Positions 26,150-32,046 of a DNA stretch of 36,120 nt are shown piece by piece. Under the pieces are notes generated by a model. The model had not been told where the DNA came from. It saw only the letters and a program-made list of their open reading frames with translations, and searched no databases. The DNA comes from a virus. The stretch's first letter is position 1. The number at the start of each line of letters is the position of its first letter. The stretch lies in the IMG/VR virus record IMGVR_UViG_3300045988_120383. One strand, written 5' to 3'. The position numbers were made by a program, and so were the translations under genes.

Positions 26150-26178
26150 TTGACTTCCCGCCTCTTATTTGATACAAT
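26150..26178 (+). promoter_or_regulatory. Near-consensus sigma-A promoter reading antisense to the rep leader
   Basis: TTGACT (26150..26155), 17-nt spacer, TACAAT (26173..26178), with an extended -10 TG (TGaTACAAT). Confidence 0.6.
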
Positions 26179-26184
26179 ATATTT

Positions 26185-26247
26185 GTCCTAACAAGAGGCG
26201 GGAACGCCATCTTTTAAGCGCATCAGTTGCTGTGATGCGCTTTTTTT
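26185..26247 (+). ncRNA. Candidate countertranscript (ctRNA), about 63 nt, antisense to the rep mRNA leader
   Basis: It is bounded by the promoter above and by the terminator aagcgcatca-gttgctg-tgatgcgctt+T7 (26216..26247). The 5' end (u)guccuaac is complementary to the rep SD region at 26092..26100. Confidence 0.45.
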
Positions 26248-26386
26248 AATTGATTACATATGTACCGCCGCGCTTTTTTTGCTTTTCGCGCGCATACGCT
26301 TCGACTTCCGATCTGGTCATTGTCTTGCACTCTAATGCGTACGGATCTCCCCAGCGGATGATCCACAAAATAACTTCTTCTTTCAT
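26246..26386 (-). CDS. Small hypothetical protein (46 aa; not in the ORF track)
   Basis: ATGA overlap with the upstream stop. MKEEVILWIIRWGDPYALECKTMTRSEVEAYAREKQKKRGGTYVIN. Confidence 0.45.
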   Translation of the reverse strand: MKEEVILWIIRWGDPYALECKTMTRSEVEAYAREKQKKRGGTYVIN

Positions 26387-26628
26387 TTCATGAGGTGTTT
26401 CGCTGCTTCTCTCGCTATTTCTTGTGCTGATTTTTTTATTTCCTCTTCTATTTCTTCTTGCGTCATTGTGGATGTTTTAACTATTTTTTGCATTGACTTT
26501 TCTGCGTGTTTTTTTCCGTACTCTTCTTCGAGGATTTTTCTTATTCCTCTTAATATCATGACTGTTTCTGCTTCTAATAATATTAAATTTCCTTTTATTT
26601 CCACATTGCCTTTACTGCATTTAATCAT
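26383..26628 (-). CDS. Hypothetical early protein
   Basis: 81-aa ORF with a Glu/Lys-rich C-terminal half. Confidence 0.5.
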   Translation of the reverse strand: MIKCSKGNVEIKGNLILLEAETVMILRGIRKILEEEYGKKHAEKSMQKIVKTSTMTQEEIEEEIKKSAQEIAREAAKHLMK

Positions 26629-26674
26629 CTTTACAAATTCCTTTCTTTCCCGTACAATAATCTTGGTTGTTTAT

Positions 26675-26970
26675 CTATGCGTCCTAGAGGTTGCCGCCTC
26701 TTATGGGCGCTTTTTTGTTCTGTAAACGTCAAAGTCTTCGCGATTGCCTATGCTTCCCCACGATGTGATCTGATCGTTTTTTGTAAGTACAACTGCGTTT
26801 GTATAATCCTGATCGTATTTCAGGCACCATCCTTCGAGCAGTTCTAAGATGCAGTTCATTTCTTCTTCGGCGTCTTTCTTTATTTCTTCGTTCATTTCTT
26901 TGTTCACCTCCTTAGATCGGTCCTGCCTGCAGGATGTAAATAATCACAGCCATCACCGCATTTAACATCA
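26675..26970. repeat. Direct repeat copy A (about 296 bp) of the pair flanking the hexapeptide-repeat gene
   Basis: It aligns with 27662..27955. The 26830..26970 part is near-identical to 27817..27955; the remainder is more diverged. Confidence 0.85.
26701..26907 (-). CDS. Small acidic protein, duplicate A
   Basis: 68 aa. The first 25 residues are identical to the product of 27689..27892. RBS TAAGGAGGTGAAC. Confidence 0.65.
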   Translation of the reverse strand: MNKEMNEEIKKDAEEEMNCILELLEGWCLKYDQDYTNAVVLTKNDQITSWGSIGNREDFDVYRTKKRP

Positions 26971-26986
26971 CACTATCTTCTTTCAT
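26912..26986 (-). pseudogene. Truncated copy of the C-terminal TM segment of the 27897..28121 gene
   Basis: MKEDSVMLNAVMAVIIYILQAGPI*. Its last 18 residues are identical to the C-terminus of the 74-aa protein. TAATG overlap with the hexapeptide gene stop. Confidence 0.4.
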
Positions 26987-27630
26987 TACTCAACGTATTT
27001 TCTATTTCCTACTTCGTTTTCATCCTCTTCGAATCTGAGTTCCATCAGGTCTGCCAGCATCAGGTATTCTTGTGCCTTCTTTGTTTCTCCGTGTGTCTCC
27101 CGGATCTTATCCCGGAACTGTGCAAGCGTCCCGTAGAAGCATCCGCACCGCACACCCACGCCGCCATCTTTGAGACGGAAGAAGGTCGTTGTACGGTTGA
27201 CAGATCCGAAACCGTGAGCGTATGCATAGTCCTCATCGCTGCACACCAGCGCATTGCCGTACACCCACGCATTGCCGTACACCCACGCATTGCCGTACAC
27301 CCACGCATTGCCGTACACCCGCGCATTGCCGTACACCCGCGCATCGCCGGAAACCTGTGCATCTCCGTACACCCACGCATTGTCGTACACCCGCGCATCG
27401 CCGGAAACCTGTGCATCTCCGTACACCCGCGCATTGCCGTACACCCACGCATTGTCGTACACCCACGCATTGTCGTCATGACCAAGGTTTGATTCCTTCT
27501 CCACATACCCGCCAAGTTCTCCGGCTTCCACATCGCCGAACTCAACAAGGGCACGGATGCGGAACAGCTTTGTCCCGAACATATTTGTAATAAATTCATT
27601 TGTTAATTCAAATTTCTTCACTTTCTTCAC
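26986..27630 (-). CDS. Hexapeptide-repeat (left-handed beta-helix-like) protein
   Basis: 214 aa with 13 consecutive [ND]-A-[WRQL]-V-[YSC]-[GDS] hexads. These are flanked by an N-terminal LFRIRALVEFGDVEAGELGGYVEKESNL and a C-terminal VRCGCFYGTLAQFRDKI module. Confidence 0.8.
   Translation of the reverse strand: MKKVKKFELTNEFITNMFGTKLFRIRALVEFGDVEAGELGGYVEKESNLGHDDNAWVYDNAWVYGNARVYGDAQVSGDARVYDNAWVYGDAQVSGDARVYGNARVYGNAWVYGNAWVYGNAWVYGNALVCSDEDYAYAHGFGSVNRTTTFFRLKDGGVGVRCGCFYGTLAQFRDKIRETHGETKKAQEYLMLADLMELRFEEDENEVGNRKYVE
27241..27474. repeat. 13 x 18-bp tandem repeat array (coding)
   Basis: The unit is gcattgccgtacacccac, with point variants. All six frames stay open across it. Confidence 0.9.
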
Positions 27631-27661
27631 CCTTTCTGTTATAATAAAAATGATTTTTTAA

Positions 27662-27955
27662 CTATGCGCCCAGAGGTTGCCGCCTCATTTATGGGCGCTC
27701 TTTTATTCTGCAAACGAGGTCTTCGTGATTTCCTATACTTCCCCATGATGTGATCTGATTATGTTTCACAAGCACAACCGCGTTTGCATAATCCTGATCG
27801 TATTTCAGACACCATTCTTCGAGCAGTTCTAAGATGCAGTTCATTTCTTCTTCGGCGTCTTTCTTTATTTCTTCGTTCATTTCTTTGTTCACCTCCTTAG
27901 ATTGGGCCTGCCTGCAAGATGTAAATGATCACAGCCATCACCGCGTTTAACATCA
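27662..27955. repeat. Direct repeat copy B (about 294 bp)
   Basis: See copy A. Confidence 0.85.
27689..27892 (-). CDS. Small acidic protein, duplicate B
   Basis: 67 aa: MNKEMNEEIKKDAEEEMNCILELLEEWCLKYDQDY... Confidence 0.65.
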   Translation of the reverse strand: MNKEMNEEIKKDAEEEMNCILELLEEWCLKYDQDYANAVVLVKHNQITSWGSIGNHEDLVCRIKERP

Positions 27956-28121
27956 TGCTGGCGACTGTTACTGTGACCAGTCCTCTTGCAGCATTGTCTC
28001 TTTCTTTTCTTTTGCGCTGGATCTTTCGTTTCTCCCGCTTGTGATCCGCTTCCGGAAAATTTCTCCGCTCGATCGGGATCAGTGACAGTTCCGGCACTGT
28101 CGGTAATTTAATCTCTTCCAT
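27897..28121 (-). CDS. Small membrane-anchored protein (basic N-terminal half, C-terminal TM)
   Basis: 74 aa. RBS GAAAGGAAAG. The TM segment is LVTVTVASMMLNAVMAVIIYIL. Confidence 0.55.
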   Translation of the reverse strand: MEEIKLPTVPELSLIPIERRNFPEADHKREKRKIQRKRKERDNAARGLVTVTVASMMLNAVMAVIIYILQAGPI

Positions 28122-28143
28122 GCTTGTCTTTCCTTTCTACCGC

Positions 28144-28296
28144 TTACGCGGTTTTCTCTTTTCGTATTAATGCTTCTCTGATAATCCGACTGCATGCGTC
28201 TATACTGCTTTGGATCTCTTCTTTTGTACGGTTTACATAACTGTCGTCATGCACTCGGATTGTTGCACCTCTTATATGGATTTCTTCAACAATCAC
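28144..28296 (-). CDS. Small hypothetical protein (50 aa; not in the ORF track)
   Basis: GTG at 28296 after AGGAGGTGAAGAAC. (M)IVEEIHIRGATIRVHDDSYVNRTKEEIQSSIDACSRIIREALIRKEKTA. Confidence 0.45.
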   Translation of the reverse strand: MIVEEIHIRGATIRVHDDSYVNRTKEEIQSSIDACSRIIREALIRKEKTA

Positions 28297-28341
28297 GTTC
28301 TTCACCTCCTGTTTATGTTTATGTATTACGGGTTGTACGTG

Positions 28342-28370
28342 TTGCGTTGTCCCCTAAAATCTCCTATACT
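28342..28370 (+). promoter_or_regulatory. Promoter for the + strand cargo gene 28423..28644
   Basis: TTGCGT, 17-nt spacer, TATACT. Confidence 0.45.
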
Positions 28371-28422
28371 GTTAATACAGGACACTGCCATGTCCGAGTA
28401 TTAAAGAAAGGAGAGCAAACAT

Positions 28423-28644
28423 ATGTATGATGTTTATTTTTCATATTTCGATGGAAATGATCACTTGTGCACGAATATAGATAAAATCGAAATTCCTACT
28501 TCATCCGGAATAAGAACATATTCGGGCGATGAAATTGCATCTCAGCATTTTAGGATTCATTCAGAGATTTACCTGTATAGTTCTAGTACAAGCTACACAA
28601 TTTCTACAACTGGGTTAAAAGCCATCGAAATCAGAAAGAAATAA
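28423..28644 (+). CDS. Hypothetical protein, transcribed opposite to the early operon
   Basis: 73 aa with strong RBS AAAGGAGAG. It is AT-rich and has its own promoter. Confidence 0.55.
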   Translation: MYDVYFSYFDGNDHLCTNIDKIEIPTSSGIRTYSGDEIASQHFRIHSEIYLYSSSTSYTISTTGLKAIEIRKK

Positions 28645-28649
28645 TCTTT

Positions 28650-28772
28650 CTATACTAGAACCTCTATACTAATTTCTGTATGGGGGTGCTCTTTCTTTAA
28701 TTCTTCTGCTTTCTTCAAAACATCACTAACATCGTCCATCCTTGTTATGTGAAAAATTATTTTTATTCTCAT
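28650..28772 (-). CDS. Small hypothetical protein (40 aa; not in the ORF track)
   Basis: RBS GAGGAGGTGAAGG. MRIKIIFHITRMDDVSDVLKKAEELKKEHPHTEISIEVLV. Confidence 0.4.
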   Translation of the reverse strand: MRIKIIFHITRMDDVSDVLKKAEELKKEHPHTEISIEVLV

Positions 28773-28833
28773 TATTACCTTCACCTCCTCTTCTGGTTCA
28801 AAGTCCTTTTTATCGGACACCTTTCCTGTTACA

Positions 28834-28988
28834 CTACTCTAGGAAGTATTCGATAGATACTCCGAAGTAGTCGGCAACCTTTTTAATGTGTCAACTCTAG
28901 GCGCTGACTCGTCCCATTTTTTAATGGTTGCATTTCCTATATTGCAATCTTTTTCGAGTCGCGATATTGATACGCCCTTTGTTGGATC
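28834..28988 (-). pseudogene. XRE-family HTH gene remnant with two frame breaks and no start codon
   Basis: Three frames together read ...FEVELIQQR / GVSISRLEKDCNIGNATIKKWDESAPRVDTLK / KVADYFGVSIEYFLE*. The breaks fall at a G3 run and an A5 run. Confidence 0.55.
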
Positions 28989-28991
28989 AGC

Positions 28992-29180
28992 TCAACCTCG
29001 AAATTGGTAAGCTACTGCGAAACCCGTGACTAATATGCATATAAATATCGCATATCCGAGATACAGTCTTGCAATTTCCGGCTGTATCTTTTTCATTACT
29101 TTATGTCCGGCAAATGCTGATATCCATAGTATTAAAAGCATCGTCGTGTCTAATATGTTTTGCATTGTTTTTATTTCCAA
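28992..29180 (-). CDS. Small two-TM membrane protein
   Basis: 62 aa. TTG start after AGGAGAAGTA. The TM segments are TTMLLILWISAFAG and LGYAIFICILVTGFAVA. Confidence 0.5.
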   Translation of the reverse strand: MEIKTMQNILDTTMLLILWISAFAGHKVMKKIQPEIARLYLGYAIFICILVTGFAVAYQFRG

Positions 29181-29358
29181 TACTTCTCCTTTTTCTTCTC
29201 TGTCTATGTAAATTCATCTGGTCTTGCTTCAAAATCCATACAAAATGTAGGGAGTTTATCTCTGAAGCCTATGTAATAAAGCGCTGCGTTCTCTTGTTTA
29301 TACTTTCTTGTTGTGGTAAAATTTTTTATCATAATAACCAATAAAGGAGGTAGCTTAT

Positions 29359-29523
29359 ATGACAGTTCTCGAAGCCATTAACCGTCTTTATGAAGAAATA
29401 AAGAAAGAAATTCTTGATTCTCCCACCGACGAGGCTACAATACTTTACCTTCAAGAAGCGCTAAACGAAGCGAAAAAGACCGTGCTTGATGAATATAAAA
29501 TTTCAACAAAATCAAACAAATAA
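29359..29523 (+). CDS. Small helical protein (54 aa; not in the ORF track), convergent with 29435..29755 and overlapping it
   Basis: RBS AAAGGAGGT is 8 nt before the ATG. MTVLEAINRLYEEIKKEILDSPTDEATILYLQEALNEAKKTVLDEYKISTKSNK. Confidence 0.45.
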   Translation: MTVLEAINRLYEEIKKEILDSPTDEATILYLQEALNEAKKTVLDEYKISTKSNK

Positions 29524-29755
29524 CCCCTATAGTTGTGCTTGTCCCTGCAAGTGCAGCTATTTTTTTGTGCTTTTTGTCTATATATATCTTGGTCCATTCT
29601 TTGTTACTTCTTGCTTTGGATTCTACGAGCCACACAGACGCTTTTACTTCTCTATTGCGTTTCTCGCTTTTTTCTTCAAGTTCTTTTCTTTGGTTTTCCA
29701 GTTCTTCTGCGTTTTTTATTTCCCGGTATATTCTTTTTACGATGTTTGTTATCAA
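29435..29755 (-). CDS. Coiled-coil protein with a C-terminal TM segment
   Basis: 106 aa. TTGA overlap with the upstream stop. The TM segment is IAALAGTSTTIGVICLILL. The last ~30 codons overlap the + strand ORF. Confidence 0.5.
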   Translation of the reverse strand: MITNIVKRIYREIKNAEELENQRKELEEKSEKRNREVKASVWLVESKARSNKEWTKIYIDKKHKKIAALAGTSTTIGVICLILLKFYIHQARSFSLRLALLEGKVL

Positions 29756-29982
29756 GGTTTTGCCTCCTCCGCTTCTTTTTTATCTGCGAAGTCCATCGGA
29801 TCGACTCCGAGGAACGTGCAAATTTTAATCAACTCATGGTCTCTAAGATCCCTATCGCGTTCTGGTTTTGCAAGACTGTCATAAATTGCCCTGTACTGTA
29901 TCTTTGTGCTTCGGGATAGTTCTGATAAATTTATGCCTTTCTTTCTCACATATTCAGACACATTCCGCGTTACAACGCTCAT
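29752..29982 (-). CDS. HTH DNA-binding protein (XRE/Cro-like fold)
   Basis: 76 aa. RBS AAAGGAGG. KGINLSELSRSTKIQYRAIYDSL...ELIKICTFLGVDPMDF. Confidence 0.6.
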   Translation of the reverse strand: MSVVTRNVSEYVRKKGINLSELSRSTKIQYRAIYDSLAKPERDRDLRDHELIKICTFLGVDPMDFADKKEAEEAKP

Positions 29983-30026
29983 TTCATCGCCTCCTTTTTG
30001 TTATGTTTTGTTGCTAACCTCAATGA

Positions 30027-30225
30027 TTAATGACTACCTGCCCAGTGCGTTAAATCTTTTATCATGTTTTTCACTACAAAACCGGTGCACTCTTTCATCT
30101 CTTCTTTACTAGGAACCTTGTGCCGGTTTTTCTCCATGTAGTAAATCAAAGCCAGCGTCGACACTTTCCATTTAAGACATCCAATTGCAAAGAACACCGC
30201 CGCTACCAAAAATATAAATGTCCAT
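30027..30225 (-). pseudogene. Small membrane protein gene with a frame break in a T5 run
   Basis: RBS GGAGGTGA plus the ATG at 30225 opens MDIYIF.., which stops after 17 codons. One T fewer in the run at 30208..30212 would give MDIYILVAAVFFAIGCLKWKVSTLALIYYMEKNRHK...AGSH. Confidence 0.5.
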
Positions 30226-30310
30226 ATCTACGTCACCTCCTCTTTTGTTTCCTCTATCTTTTTTGATAAATCTCCCGATTTCTACGCCCAGAGCGTTGCA
30301 AATTATACGC

Positions 30311-30339
30311 TTGTTTTATCTCTCTTAATCCCCTATACT
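30311..30339 (+). promoter_or_regulatory. Promoter for the + strand cargo gene 30391..30714
   Basis: TTGTTT, 17-nt spacer, TATACT. Confidence 0.45.
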
Positions 30340-30390
30340 TTAGTTACCGGTTCGTGGTGTTACGGAACACTAGGGAAAGGAGTTATTGCT

Positions 30391-30714
30391 ATGCTTACAA
30401 AAGAAGCTAAGACTGTTCTGTATCAGCTCTATAAGGAATACCTTGTGCGCCGTGATGGCAATGTTTCACGGTCTCGTGCAAAATGTTTCTCTTCCGCAGA
30501 ATCGATTCATGCATCTTTGTTTCCGGACTGGTCACTCGAAGACGTTGAAGATGTTCTGCGCGAACTTGGGCGTAATGGTTTTCTCGACAATAGTTACGCC
30601 GACGATACAATCTACGATTGTTCCCTTTCCGATGTCGCCATCGTAAAGATGGAGAATCAGAAAAAGGAAACTCTGCTGACAGTTGCTGACTTTATCTCTA
30701 AATTCATTCCGTGA
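30391..30714 (+). CDS. Hypothetical protein (possibly winged-helix), transcribed opposite to the early operon
   Basis: 107 aa. RBS AAAGGAG. It has its own promoter. Its 3' end overlaps the convergent DUF2829 gene by 11 nt. Confidence 0.6.
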   Translation: MLTKEAKTVLYQLYKEYLVRRDGNVSRSRAKCFSSAESIHASLFPDWSLEDVEDVLRELGRNGFLDNSYADDTIYDCSLSDVAIVKMENQKKETLLTVADFISKFIP

Positions 30715-30934
30715 TAACAGTCCAGTCGTCAGCCATCAGATCATCCGCTGTCGGATTCCATCGCCCTGCTGTTTTTCTCGGTTTTCCATCATGCAATACC
30801 GTGATCAGACACGCATCATAAGAATTCGTCGGAGTAATCTCGGAATATATGTCGGATTCCGGTCTCCGTGCGGATGATCTGATGATTTTTCCATTTTCTT
30901 TCACTGCTTTTTCTACCGCTTCATGTATATACAT
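30704..30934 (-). CDS. DUF2829-like protein (Tad2-like candidate anti-Thoeris sponge)
   Basis: 76 aa. The N-terminal EAVEKAVKENGKIIR and C-terminal GRWNPTADDLMADDWTVI match the DUF2829 W.P...DL.A.DW.V signature. RBS GAAGGAGGTGA. Confidence 0.5.
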   Translation of the reverse strand: MYIHEAVEKAVKENGKIIRSSARRPESDIYSEITPTNSYDACLITVLHDGKPRKTAGRWNPTADDLMADDWTVITE

Positions 30935-30971
30935 CTATGTCACCTCCTTCATTTCTCATTTATAGTGATTT

Positions 30972-31169
30972 TTAATTGTAAAAAATAAATTGCACAGAGC
31001 ATTTATGATATTCTGCAATTCTCTTCTTTACCTCATCACTAGGAAGTCTTTCACCATTTTCATACATCGAATATGTGCTCTGGCAAACATTAATAGCTTG
31101 TGCCACTTCTTTTTGTGTGCGTGTTCCGCGCAATTCCACTAATTTTTTGCCTATCCTTTTCCTATCCAC
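30972..31169 (-). CDS. Cro-like XRE-family HTH regulator
   Basis: GTG at 31169 lies 8 nt after AGGAGG. The ORF-track start at 31178 abuts the RBS. IGKKLVELRGTRTQKEVAQAINVCQSTYSMYENGERLPS. It is divergent from the repressor. Confidence 0.8.
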   Translation of the reverse strand: MDRKRIGKKLVELRGTRTQKEVAQAINVCQSTYSMYENGERLPSDEVKKRIAEYHKCSVQFIFYN

Positions 31170-31211
31170 TTTTATCACCTCCTGTTCACTATTAGTTCCC
31201 TTTGTGTTTTC

Positions 31212-31240
31212 ATACTAGCATTACTATTTTCCTTTGTCAA
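31212..31240 (-). promoter_or_regulatory. Early leftward promoter (P-cro)
   Basis: The - strand has TTGACA (31240..31235), a 17-nt spacer and TGcTAGTAT (extended -10; hexamer 31217..31212). Confidence 0.6.
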
Positions 31241-31275
31241 TCGCTTTGAGTGAATTTTTTTGGTTTTGTGCATTT

Positions 31276-31288
31276 TCACTAAAAGTGA
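31276..31288. promoter_or_regulatory. Operator palindrome TCACTAAAAGTGA
   Basis: Perfect 5+3+5 inverted repeat between the divergent promoters. Additional TCACT/AGTGA half-sites occur at about 31187, 31249 and 31316. Confidence 0.5.
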
Positions 31289-31297
31289 TATGTTGTG

Positions 31298-31326
31298 TTT
31301 ACATAGTTCATACAAAGTGATATTAT
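31298..31326 (+). promoter_or_regulatory. Repressor promoter (P-cI)
   Basis: TTTACA, 17-nt spacer, TATTAT. It overlaps an AGTGA half-site. Confidence 0.5.
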
Positions 31327-31371
31327 AATTTTATAAACTAGATATTTCTATAAAGGCAGGTGAATATAATA

Positions 31372-32046
31372 GTGGATTTCAAAAATATAATATTAGCTCT
31401 TCGCAATGAAAGAGGGTTTAGTCAAGAGCAATTAGCTAAAGTTCTTCATGTTTCTAAAAGTACCGTTGCTATGTGGGAGACAGGTCAACGTCTTCCAAGT
31501 GTTGAAAAATATAAAGAAATTGCTGATTATTTCAATGTTGATATGGATTTTCTTTATGGTCGAACCTCTATAAAGAGGAGAACTCTATTTGATGAATCCG
31601 GTTCTGAATATGTAAATAGTAAACTTGTTACTAGCATTTCACGCAAAAATCAAGGTATTATAATTAACGTTCTCGGTCGTGTTGCTGCCGGTATCCCGAT
31701 CGATGCCGTTACCGATATTATAGATACAGAAGAAATCTCACTGGAGATGGCTCGAACTGGTGAATTCTTCGGGCTTCAAATCAAGGGTGACAGTATGGAA
31801 CCCAAAATTTCCGACGGCGATGTCGTGATCGTTCGGCAGCAAAACGACGCCGAAAGTGGGGATATTGTAATCGCTACAATAAACGGGGACGAGGCTACTT
31901 GTAAAAGGATTAGAAAATACCGAGACGGTATAGAACTTGTTTCAAGTAATCCTTGTTACGAACCTATGTTCTTTTCAAATGAAGAGATAGAAAATAAGCC
32001 CGTAAGAATTATCGGGCGAGTTGTTGAGTTAAGAGCTAAATTTTAA
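31372..32046 (+). CDS. CI/LexA-like repressor (XRE HTH plus S24 peptidase)
   Basis: ERGFSQEQLAKVLHVSKSTVAMWETGQRLPS is the HTH. GDSMEP is the Ser nucleophile motif and ATCKRI the Lys motif. GTG at 31372 lies 9 nt after AGGTG; GTG at 31360 is the ORF-track alternative. Confidence 0.9.
   Translation: MDFKNIILALRNERGFSQEQLAKVLHVSKSTVAMWETGQRLPSVEKYKEIADYFNVDMDFLYGRTSIKRRTLFDESGSEYVNSKLVTSISRKNQGIIINVLGRVAAGIPIDAVTDIIDTEEISLEMARTGEFFGLQIKGDSMEPKISDGDVVIVRQQNDAESGDIVIATINGDEATCKRIRKYRDGIELVSSNPCYEPMFFSNEEIENKPVRIIGRVVELRAKF

Noticed and set aside
26681-26716. Hairpins at the 3' ends of both duplicated acidic-protein genes (26681..26716 and 27667..27705) as their terminators.
   Set aside because: The T tracts follow the stems only on the + strand, whereas the genes are on the - strand. 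They may still stabilise the RNA or stop antisense transcription, but they are not canonical terminators for these genes.
27241-27474. Possible CRISPR array, because of regularly spaced short repeats.
   Set aside because: The units are contiguous 18-mers with no spacers, they lie inside a coding frame, and they translate to a coherent hexapeptide motif.
27060-27599. Five additional ORFs in other frames and on the other strand across the hexapeptide repeat (27060..27599, 27070..27492, 27222..27590, 27233..27466, 27254..27481).
   Set aside because: The 18-bp periodic repeat keeps every frame open. Only the 26986..27630 frame has non-repetitive flanking domains, an RBS context and operon orientation.
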